Shown here: piece after piece, positions 18,632-30,600 of the stretch
How positions within the stretch are numbered: position 1 is the stretch's first letter
Layout: each line of letters opens with the position of its first letter
From: Candidatus Omnitrophota bacterium
GTDB taxonomy: Bacteria; Omnitrophota; Gorgyraeia; Gygaellales; Profunditerraquicolaceae
DNA: 64,000 bases
NCBI GenBank assembly: GCA_022710715.1
Contig: JAKLGJ010000003.1
Location: 89,083 to 153,082 of the forward strand
Direction: 5' to 3'
Notes under the pieces: generated by a model
Database searches by the model: none
Seen by the model: the letters and a program-made list of their open reading frames with translations, nothing else
What the model was told of the DNA's origin: nothing
Program-made: the position numbers and the translations under genes

Positions 18632-21600
18632 CTACGGGTTTGCCTGGTAATCGCGGTAATTGGAATAAATTTCGGCGAGAATCCGGTGAGCCTGTTCTTC
18701 CAGAAGGATCGGACGCGCGTCGTGGAATAAACTCTGATAATCCGAGTCGCGGATAAGCTGATATGCCCCGAACACAAAATACACATTCTTCATCTGCTCG
18801 GGATGATCCAGGAACCACTGCATTTCATGAGAAGTCACCGATCCCTGCTCCACCTTGCTGTCCCCGAGAACAGCCTCGGGAACAAAGAACACGATCGGCC
18901 TGCCTTCAGAGGTGATCTCATTCAAATAACGGGTGGTATGATCTTCCCGATCTCCGTAGCGCCGGTCATATTCGGACATCCATTCTTTTAGATCTCCGGC
19001 TAAAGCCAGGGCTGAATAATCGTCCTGGGAATGGTACGTAGTGATCCCCAGCGCTTCCCCGTCCCGGTTGCGGAAGCTCGCCAGATTCTCGAGATAATCA
19101 TATATGGATATGACCCCTGCGGATTTTGCGCGCATAGCTGCAATCTGCGCCGCAGACAAACCGCTCAACTGCACTTCCCGCTCAAAATCCACCGGCTGCA
19201 GGATCGCATGATCGGCCTGCGCCAGCCGCTGCTGCACATAATCCGGCCGGTTTTCCACTTCGATCCGGAATAACGCGCGCCCGGCTTCGCTCTGGGCAAG
19301 CCTGATGAGTTGATCCTGCGACAAAAGCGACTTCAGCTCTTGAGAGCTCTTACCCGAAACCTGCAACTGCGCCCGTATAACATCCGGGGCCTTTCCGGTC
19401 AGCTCTATAATCGTATTGATCGCCAGATTCCTGTCTTCTCCGGTGGACGTGAACGCCTGCTCGACAGCCACTTTGGCTAACGGCGTTATGCCGGGTATCT
19501 GCGGCACGACGGTTGATTGTTTAACTTCCGCGCGCCCCTGATTTACCGTTTCTTCAAGCCTGGCGATCTGCGCGCTGATCTCCGCGTCGATCTTCACCGC
19601 TTCTCTCTGACCGGCTTCGGAGCGGATACTCGCGGCATTGCTCACCGCTCTTCGCTGCTGCAACTGCTTCAACCGCGCCAGTTCCCCTTCCGCCTGTTTC
19701 ACCTGCGCTTCAGTTGGCCCGCCGAGGCAGGCGGCAGCAATACTTCCGGCCCTTTCCACAGTCACCTCAACACCCTGATCTCTCAAAGCTTTCTGCATCT
19801 GACTGGCGAGATCTTTACCGCTCAAAGAAGCTCCGGACATTTGCTGGGCTATGGTATCGATCGCTTCATCGCTAAGACCGCGCAATGGATTGTCAGGATT
19901 GCTGCTGGCGCGCACGAACCGGATACCCCGGTCAAAAATATCTCTGCGGTTTTCTAATTGCGGACGATACGCTGAAGAATAATAATCAAGCACATTCTTA
20001 TGTGTACCGGCAAGAATAGCTTGTCTGATCGCATCCGCGTTCTGCGTAAGATGCGCATAGAAATCGTCCGTAACCACTCCGGACAAAGAAACATAATTTT
20101 GTGAAAGTGCGGGATTTTTCTCAATCATATCTTTCATAGCTTTACTACTTGCAATCAAATTACTGGTCATGCGACGGGAAATATCCATGGAGTCGACCGT
20201 GGAAAGATAATCCGACATCTCCCTTTCGACAAAGGTATCCAGCTGCGCCCTGTCTACATTTTCGCGGAGTTCCTCCGCTATCCCGGAATAAACAAAATCC
20301 GCCCAACCCCGGGCATCGTACTTCTGCGTTAATGGATTGGCACGCATATCTTCCGGGAAAGCATTGTCGAAATCGGATAAAGCGATATGTTTTCCGCTTT
20401 CCCTGCTGGTGACCGTTATTTCAGCGAGTTTTTCCAGATCAGCCAAAGGGCTCAAAACATTATACAGAGACCTCTTGGTCCCGATTTGCTTCAGGACATT
20501 ATTGATCTGATGAGGATCCTGCGCGTGCAGATACATCTTAAGCATATCGCTCACCGGAAAAGCCTTCGCTCGGATCAGCGTTTCCTGATCACCCATAATT
20601 GTTCCACCAATCAGCCAGTTTATCTTAATGAAAGAACCTCTTCCTGTTTTCATTTGTCCGGAATCTACAAATGCGGAAATTTCGTTAAGCGCATCTTGAG
20701 TATCCTTGTTCTCGAGCGATTGAGGACGCTCGCCTATCTGCCGCACAAAACGCAATACCGCGCGATAATCAAAATCTCCGCTCTTGGTCAAGCGTAAATT
20801 ATTGTTAAGAACGTCCTGCTTATAGCTTCCTCCGGTCTCATCGGTAATTTTCCAGCCTCCTTCATTATCACGATAAATACTCAACCGGTCCAGGGTAGCC
20901 GCTTTATTTCTTATCCCGCTATACTGGGACTCCACCACATATCCTTCCAGATTGACGATATCGGCATGCACTCCAAAGGTTTTCTCGATCTCCTGTTTAA
21001 AATCCCGTAACGCGCCCATCTCATCTTCCGTCAACACCACGTTGGCTGTTGCGGAAGGTCGCACGATAAGGTCGATATCGGAATAACCGTTGTCCTGTTT
21101 GCCGCCAAGCACCATTCTGCGCGCCGTCCCTCCGCCAAAAGCGATCTCCAATCCTTCGAATTCCGCCCTGGAGGCAATTTCTGCGATCATCGGGCTGATC
21201 TCAATTGAAACGCTGCTCTGATCCGGGAACCGCGCATCTGCTCTTACGTTACCGGCTTCAGGCTGTTGGAATGAAGGAACATTTGCGCCATTGAGCCCTG
21301 CGCGCCCGGCAATTGCCGTTGCCATATTCTGCAGGACCCGGTCCATCTGCTCCGCCGACACCTCGATATTCTGGCGCACCGCGCCGCTGGGCATCTTCTC
21401 ATTGATCCCGACATTGACCCCAAACACGGATACATCCGTACGATCTCCGCTATTGACCACCGAACCTTTGGAATAATACTTACTGAAAAAATCGCCATCC
21501 CTGGGCAAGCCCAGAGAATCTTTATAAAATTGTTCCAGCACTCCGATCATATCCTTAGTATAAACGTTGCCCTCGTATTCTTCTCCCAGAAAACTCTTGC

Positions 21601-24600
21601 CGTTCGCATTTGGTTTCTTGAGATTAATGAAGTTATCATGCAGAGTTTGCGCAAGTTCCTGCGCATCCCGCTGCCGGGTGACCGGATTGTTCAACCGCTC
21701 GCACGCGGCTTGCGCGTTTTTCTGCGCGAAGGCCGAAAGACGCTCGATTTCCGGCCCGTCGAAATGCCTGCCCATATTCTCGTTCATCCGGTCGAACGGG
21801 ATATCCTTATCGCTCAACCAGTGTATCGCGCCGTCCGATCCTTGAGTGCCGACCCTGACATCAAAAAGGTACATGCTGCCGTCCCGCTCAACCCGATACA
21901 CGCCGTCAAGGTCCGGCAGTTTGACACCGATAAATGTGACGAACACCTCGTTGATTTTCTCCGTGATTCCGGCTGCATCCTTTGCGCCCCGGATATACAT
22001 TGTTGTGCTGGAGGCGTAATCCATGTGATTATGGAGCAAAGATTCCAGCGCGCCTCTCACATCATTTTCCAGAAGCGAACGTTGCTGCGCGGCATCCCTA
22101 TCCCCGGCAGGTGCTATCCCTGCGCGCTGCGTGATATATTCGCCCAGATTTCGCAGGATCCTATCCATAGCCTTACGGTCCAGGTTCGTGGTCCGCACCA
22201 CGCCGGCTGCGGTCATCTCAACCTCGCCGACTGTAACCCCCAGAATGCCGGTCGTCTGGCGATCTCCAACATTTACCACCTGCCCCTCATGATTAAACTG
22301 ACTATTCAAAAGAAATCCATTTCCAGCTGGAGGTAATCCCAATTCTGTTTTATAGACCTCTTCTAAGCGCACAAGAACATCGGTAGGATGGACGTTTCCA
22401 CGGAAGAACTCTGGCTTACCGGCATATTTTTTCTGGAAATCACTTTCTATCTGCGGCAAAAGAGTATCTACGATTCTATCTCTGAATTGCGGACTCTGCA
22501 GATTGACCACCGCTTGCTGCGCTGCCGCCACAACCTGCGTTTTCATCCGCTCAAGAGACGTGCCGCTGAAAGTTTCCGCGATATTCTTATTCATCGTTGC
22601 AAAATCGATCTGGGCATCCGGCAGCCAATTGATCCTGCCATCAGCCTGTCGTTGCCCGGACAGAACGTCAAATACATAAACATCTCCTGTTGCATCAACA
22701 CGCATTAACTTTTCATTGAAGCCGTTGATGACCCCTGAAGGTAAACGAACTGCGTTAAGCAATACTGACTCTATTCTCCCGACCGGGTCAACCGACGGTT
22801 CACGCAGGATACCGACTAACCATTGCCCGGTTTTATTGTTACTATCCTGCAGAGTAACCAGTCTGTGCTCCAGGTCTCTTTCTATCGGCAATGACGTTTC
22901 TTCCGGAACCGGCGCCGTCGCTCTGTTCAACAGCCGGGAGGCTATAGACTGAACTCTATCCATTATCGAAGTGCCTTCTGCAACGGAGTTTTTCTCGACT
23001 CCAGCGGCGCGCGGAACAATCGGCCCGCCCAAGCACAAGGTAATGATGCCGCCTGCTTCAGACTGGGATAGCGGCGTGCCGCGCTGCTCCATATACTCCA
23101 TCAGCACCCGCTCATGCGTGCCGTAATCCGCGCGGGTCAGCCTCGAAGCGAGATCGCCGATCTCTCCGGAACTCAGATCCTTCAAGCGCGAATTCGCCGT
23201 CCCCTGTTCGAACTCCAACCCTCTCCTGAACACATCGTTACCCGAATTTTTCTTCTCGCCCGGAGACAGGCGCATCCCGGCGCCGGAAGCCCTGTTGATC
23301 ACCTCTTCTATGGCGAAATATATCCCGCTGCTGGTCCCGATCATCTCGTAATAATTCTGTGCCGCCCGCCCCAGAGCCGGATCGAGCGCGTTCGCTCTTT
23401 CCGCCAGAGCCGCGTACTCTTCGTATTTGTGCGACCATTCCCGATCCAGGGAAATTCCCGGAGACAGATTCTCGCCGATGAGCACGTCGCGGGTATCGCG
23501 CACATACGGCTTCAGCGCTGCCACAAAATCCTCGATCTGCTGCGCGCCCGGCCGTTCGCTTAAATACACGGTAACCGGATCATACCGGTCATACCAGTGT
23601 CCGGCTGTTGCGGGAGTCTTGTACCGGTTGACCAGTTCCGGGTATTTAAGCATAAATCCGTCCAGGGACTCGATCAGCCCTTCCTGCGCCAGGGCATTGA
23701 CGGAAAAACGCCAATCAGTTCCCGAGATATCCGCAGTATCGCGATCAGCCGGAAGCCGGTAGATGAACCCTTCGCCGGCATAGGTAGAAACAACTTCCTC
23801 TCCATTGACCAGACGCGGTTTAGACGCTCTATCGGCTATCGCAGGATCCTCGGAAGGCCGCGGGTTGTAAGAAGTGTGGCGCGCAGAGGAATACAGATCG
23901 CGGATAAAACGGCTATACATGCTCTGCGCATTATGCGGAACCCCGTATGCCTGGGACATATAATCGTAGCTCCATTCCGGGTCGCTCCTCGATCTGTCGA
24001 TATAATCGCAATATTCCTGAATCGCTCTTACCCGGGCTGTCTGGTGCTGCGGATAATCCGCTTCTGCGGATAAACTGTTGCTCCATGCCTCTTCGGCTGT
24101 CTGCCTCTGCGTCTTAATCACGGCCGGTTTATCTTTAGCGGGGGCGGTCTGCGCTTGCTGTTTGCTGCCGGCCGCCTGTTCGCCGCCCGCTGCCTCTGAC
24201 GCGCCGGCAGGCGCCATTTCGAGATCGATCAACCTGTTTGTTGCCGGGATAACCTCGGGCATGCGCCTTTCATTGTCGACCTGCTTTTGCGGCTGCGGCT
24301 CGGCGCTTGCAGAAGACGTCCGACTGCCGGAGACAGGCCGGTTCGACAATGCCTCGTCGTACGCTACCCGCGCCGAAGTATCTTTGCCGATGCGCTCGTA
24401 CGCCCAGTTGATGTCGATCATTCTTTCGGAACCTGCGGGATTCACGTCCGGGTGATACTGCTTGGTCTGCGCGCGGTAAGCTTTGTTTATTTCGGCCGGA
24501 GTTGCATCCCGGTTCACCTTGAGAATATCGTACGCCGACTCGCCGTTGCGATACACCTCTGCGTCAGTCGGCCGCACTGCCGAATCCGCCGGCCGGTCAA

Positions 24601-27600
24601 GACTGACGCTGCCGCCGTAGCGAGGAATGGCGAAGAACGGCAGCCAGCCCAGCAATTGGGCGTCCTGTTCGGTCATACCCAGCGTAGATTGCGTGACATC
24701 GTTGAAGAGCAAAGCGTTGGTCCCGGCGGTAAAACCGCTGAAGAACACCGCGTCATCCACGCTGCGCAGGAATGCGCCGGGCGTGGTCGGGAACATGGTC
24801 AGCCAGCTCTTCTGCACCGCGCCTTCTCCGGCGCTGGTCAACTCGCGTCCCAGAAGCGTTCTGGCCGTGCCGCGAAAATATCCATACGTCCCGGTATTTT
24901 GCGCCCACCGGGCGATACGGCCGGTACCCGCGGGATCCCATGTGGATGTAGTCAATCCCGCGACCTCGGTCAACGGACCCAGCCATAAGCCGGTATCTTT
25001 AGGAGAACTCGCCGCGCTCAACAACAGGTCCTGATACCAGGGCAGGCCTTCTTCGCCGTGCGGCCCGATCATCTCATCCGCAGACCAGTCGCCGGTGGTC
25101 AAACCCTCCCAGACATTGCCCAATCCCCAACCCACGGTATGGAACACCGGACCGACGAACACGAACGAACCCGCGCCGCGCAAAGAATCCGCTGCCAGCG
25201 TTTCCGGAGCCAGCGCATACGCGCCCAGCCGGCTGTCCACTCCCAGCAAATACCTGCCGGCCATCTGGCCGGTGCCGGATTCCGTACCCAATAAATAATT
25301 ACCCGCTCTGCCGGCAACGCCGGTCAATCCCAGTCCCTGCAATCCGGCGCTGAAGATAAATCCCTGGCCGTAGCCGTGACGCGCCGACTGCACCGTATCT
25401 TCCAGACTCGAAAGTCCCTGACCGCTGATCAAAGAATAGGCGTTATCCGAAGCTGCGGACACGCCTGCCCAGACCGCTCCGGAACGGGCAGCGCCCTGGA
25501 TCAATTTTCCTGCCTGCATACCCCGGCTGCCTGCGGCGAAAATCTCCTCACCTGCGCTCGACAACGCTATGCCGGTTTCCGCGGTGCCTCCCAGAATATC
25601 CGCTACCTGCATGCTCCGGGAGCCGATAGCCAGCGCCTCGTCGCCGATCAACGGGCTGACCAGCGTCAAAACCAGCGCCGCATCCGATGCCAGGTCCATC
25701 CAGGTATACGTCTGGGGTGTGAAAGTATAACTGGCCGTCGCCAGCGGATTTTTATTCACGCCGGCAGACACTACGGAAGACTGCCCGGAAGCATTCGCTG
25801 TTTCAGTATACGCATTCCATTCGGAAGAATCGATAAAAACCGAGGGGATCGCTCTCAAAGTAGTGATGCTCAACGGAGCGGGAATGCTGTTGATCAGCCC
25901 CGCGTTATACGCTTGATCGCCGGAATTAAGCAACGCCGGATCGACCGGGTTTTCATCGAGATACTGCTGCACATTATCCATTACGGATTGATCCACCACT
26001 GCGTTCATCTGGCCGCTGATCGTCGCTGATGCGCCCGCCCAGCCCGAAGCCAGACTTACCCAGAAATCGCCTTCAGCCTGGCCGAGCAGATACTGCGCGA
26101 CTACCGCTTTATGCTGCCGCTGCGCGCCGGTCTCTTCGGGCAGATCATTCCAATAGGTATACGCGCCCATCACGTCCGCCGCCTGGCTGTCTGACGGGCG
26201 ATAGCTGGCCACGAATTCTCCCTCGGCATTGAGCTCGTACCCCAGGCTCTGCGTCACCACGCTGATCTCATTGGGCAAAGTCACCAGAGAGCTCGGCTTG
26301 AGCATATCCGGGCTGACCCAGCCGGTGCGCTGTTTTCCGCTGCCGTCGGTATAGGTAACCATCACGTTGCCGTAGATGAAATTGAACATCCCCGGGTCAT
26401 CCTGGATCGCCTGCTGGCTCACCGGATACATTTTGCTGCCGTCGCTGCCGGCAACCGTCACGTTCACCGTGCCCTGGTACGTTCCGGGAATAGTGGTCGA
26501 GAATGAAACCCCGTCAATGCTGATCACGTCGGGATTCAACGCGTTATTGGCCGCCTGCGCCCCTTCCTGCATGCCATTGGCCCAGCCGCCGGTGATACCG
26601 CCGATAACCGCAGCCAATCCGATGTTCAGCTGCTCAACCAGCCCGGGAGCGCTCTGATGCCCGACCATAGAGGCCACGTTGCCCTGCGCGTCGAGAGTAA
26701 TAGTCACCTGCTTACCGGGATCCTGGCTATCGGTCAAAATGATAGTCGTATCGCCAATAACTTCTATCTCGGTCTGGCTGCTTAGAGCCATGGATTGTCC
26801 GTTGATGTTCAAGTACTGCACCGGGGCGTCCGCTTCAGTGGACCGGCTCACCGACACATGCTCGGACATAGCGGCGACCGAATAGTCCGTCCCATTACTG
26901 CTCACTACCGCTCCCTGCGCGTCTGTGGAATAAACGATAGCCCCGGAAGGATCCAGGACCACGGCATGGCGATTTTCATCATACTGGCCGGCAAGCTTAC
27001 CCTGTTCATAAACCTGTATCAGCGTCCTGCCGTTGGCGTCCGTGGTGACAAACTCGTAATTCTGCGCGTCCAGGTAATTCCGGTATTTTCCGGAAGCGCC
27101 GGTGGAATCCTGAACCGTCCACGGCGTGCCGTCATCCTTATACAGCGTGGTCACCGTGCGAGTACTGCCGTCGGGATTAGCCAGATACGTATACTGTTTG
27201 AACGGCACGAACTGTTGCTGGCCGTTGGCGTTGGTGATGGTATACCCCTCGGTAACGCTCTGGGTGTGCTCTGCGCCGACAGCATCGTAACTTTTCACGG
27301 TAATACGATCAGAGGTGCGAATAGTCGTGGTCCGGCTGGCCGGATCGAAAATCCCGGCAGTCAGCATATCGTTTATATTCCTCGCGCTTTGATTGATCTG
27401 ATTATTGATCTGCTGCATGGTCCCTGCGCCGGTTCCGGGAATTGCCGCCGCGGCCTGCAGTATGCCGATAGTGCGCACCTCGGCATTAACGTCATCGGCG
27501 CTGTAATATCCCGCTGGCGTGGCCATGCCCTGGGTCTGGCCGTTGACGGTCAATATTCCATCCGTAACCACATAGGCCGTTCCGTCCTGGCCTTGCAGGG

Positions 27601-30600
27601 TCAGGGTATTTCCGTCGGATGTCGAGCCGGCAACCATGATCTTACCCAGGCTGCCGTCGGCAGTGCGCTGATAATATGCGCCGGTGTTCTTATCCTTATA
27701 GAGCTGGCCGCGGTCGTCGACCGCGATCATGGTCGTGCCGGAACTTGAAGCCAGCGTATCGAGTACGGACTGGGGCAGGGACTGTCCGGTCTGACCTTCG
27801 TAGGTGCTCTGGAACAATAATCGGATCTCTCGATCGGAAAGCGGCTGGCCGATGCTTTCCTGAAAAGCTATGGTCTGCGCGACAGCCGCAGCCACGCCGT
27901 TATCCGCAGGCTGGTTGAGGATCGGCTTGAATGCCTCGATCTGCGTGCCGTCCGGATTCCTGCCGCCGGTGGCTGAAAGTATCGCCAGCAGATCCATAGT
28001 CGCTCCGGTATCTCCGGCATTTGATCCCGCGATCAATCCCGGCAAAACATAATTATCCCGGTAATAGGGATCATCCAGAGCGTTCTGCAAAGGCTTGAGG
28101 CTTTCGATGGTCGTGCCGTCGGGATTCTTGCCGCCGGTCACCGCGTAAACATAATTAAGCTGCTGCTGCGCGCCGACGTCGCCTCCGGCAGCTTTTTCCT
28201 GCAGATCAGGCACCAGGTAATAATCCCGGTAATACGGGTTGTTGGCGTCTGCGGCAAGCTGGCGTTCCTCCAGCGTCGGTTCGGACCGGGCAGGAGAACG
28301 GGCTTGCTGATCCACTGCTCCCCAGGACATAAAACCGAATGAGTTTCCGTTGTAAGACCATCTTCCCTTACCGAGCAGCCCGGCGCTATCTTTGCGGATG
28401 GTCAGGGCGGAGCAGGATGCGCCGATCTCCGGGGTCTGTCCGGGAACCAGGATCGCCTGCAGCGGAACGTAAAAAGTCTGATCATCGGCGCTGAAGGTCA
28501 CATTCGCATAGCGCACGAAATCCGGGATGATCACCTGCCCGTGTTCGTCCGTCGCCGGATCGGCGCTTAATCCCATCAAACCGGTTATTTCTTCCATACC
28601 GATATCTGCCGCAGCCAGATCGCTGGACTTGACCACTTTCCAGGTCCCTTCCTCTCCTTCGAATGGAGACGGCACGTAGACCGCGGAATAAACCAGGCCG
28701 GTGACATCATATTGCTTGCCGTTGATGGTAGCCGTACAGGTTTGTATCTGATCCGCGCCTTCATAATTATTGGCCTGCCAATTTGAGACGTTCGATTCGG
28801 ACAGAGCTACGGCGCACGCAAGAATATCCTGGCTGGGCGGCAGCTGATGATACGTATAGGTATACAGCCATAAAGCGGCGTGCTCCAGCTGCGGAGTCCA
28901 TACCAGAGGATTGTCTAGAGAAATGGTAACACCGGCCGGCGCCTGTTTGGATTCGTCTATTCTTACTTTAGCCACGACTCCGTTGTCGATACTCACCCAG
29001 GACTGGCTGTTGCGGTCGAGAAAATTCACGTTCTTCGGTACTGTTCCGTCCGCGCCGAGGCTGAAATCCGCGTTCGCGGTAAGCACCGTACCGTCGGCAA
29101 GGCCGAAGGCATCGCCTTTTTTATAGCCGGTCTGCAGGAATTGGCCGTCGGCTTGAGCAACCCATTGCCGGCCGTTGGAGGTGAATGCGGTGCCGGCAGG
29201 GATCACCCCGTTGGCTGCGTTAAAATCTTTAGCTGCGGTAAGGACGGTTTTGTCGTTCAGGGTGATGGTGTCGCCGGCTTTATACGACGTCTGCACGAAT
29301 CCCACTGCGTCGTGAATGGTATAGTCCTGCATGTCGCGCGGACCATTAAGACATGTCCAGGTCCTGCCCTGCTCGTCGGTTAACACCGTTCCCGAAGGCA
29401 TGGCGATACTGCCGGCGCGCGAAACCGCCATCGTACATGACTGGGTGGCGGTCAAAGTAACTCCTTCGGCTATTTCGAAGGTATCTCCCGGTTTGACGGT
29501 CAGATTGACCATTCCGCCTTCGGTGGACGCCCATTGATTGCCTGCGGCATCCACGTAATTGGAAGTTTTATTATTCCCGGGTTGCGAGCGTAGCACGGTG
29601 CCGTCGACAAGTGTAATAACCGCAGTCCTGGAATTCCCGGTTTCCGTGGAGGCTACGGCAACCGGCGCGCGCAAAGGCATATCGGCCCAGGCGATGTTGC
29701 CGGATCCCGGAACGATATTCCCCACGCCTGCCACGCGCAGGGTTCCTTCGATATTCAACCCGGTTGTTTTAGAAAGAAGCGCATCGGGAATGCGGGAATC
29801 GGCGGTCAACACAGGATAATCGCGGAATGCGGTTGCGGGAGAAACGGTATTTGCCGGATCGGCTGCGTCCGGGTTTACTGCCGTGGCTTTGCCGAGCATC
29901 CGGGTGACGGTTTCCGGCTGCATCTGCCTGATGATCGCGTTTGCCTGCTTCAACCCGAGATTCTCATGCTTGAGCAGGCTGGCGCCGATAGCGGTCTCCA
30001 CATGATCCATGGCCGGACCGGCCTTTTCCGCCTGCATCGCCTTAAGGATGGACGCCGCTCTGGGCAAACCTTGATTTGCCGCCGCGACGCTATTTAATAC
30101 TTTACCTGCGGTTTCCGGCTGAAGAGAGTTCATCATCTCTCCGGCCCGGGACAGATCAAGCGTGGGATCGGCGATAATCTTTGCGATCACATTCGCAGGC
30201 ATCCCCTGAAGGATGGACGCGAGATGCTGTTTATCGTTTAGCAGCTCCATCACCGACACCGCTTTGGGCGTTTCGACCGAAGCGATGAGCATTCCGGCTA
30301 TTTGAGTATCCATCTGCCCGAAAACTTCCGCCAGCGCCGGCGGTTCGAATGATTTGCTGTTGATAATGTCTACCGCGTTCTGCGTGCGCATATTCTCCAG
30401 AATAGTCGCGGCCTGTCCCGGATCGGTCATCTGCGCAAGGATCGCGGCGGAATTGCCGGGTGTGCCGGCGGCAAGGATATCCGCGGCTTTGTTCGCCCTG
30501 ATCTCTCCCATGATCCGCGCGGCCTGGTTGTTCTGGACCTGCCCCAGGATAGCAGTGGCGGTATCAGTGGTAATCGCATCGTTATTGAGGATCGACGCGG

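Noticed and set aside
18536-18640. Chromosomal origin (oriC) suggested by two TTATCCACA DnaA-box-like 9-mers
   Set aside because: There are only two boxes, and they form the two arms of one hairpin. There is no AT-rich unwinding element and no dnaA or dnaN nearby. The site sits at a gene 3' end followed by a T-tract, so a terminator explains it better.
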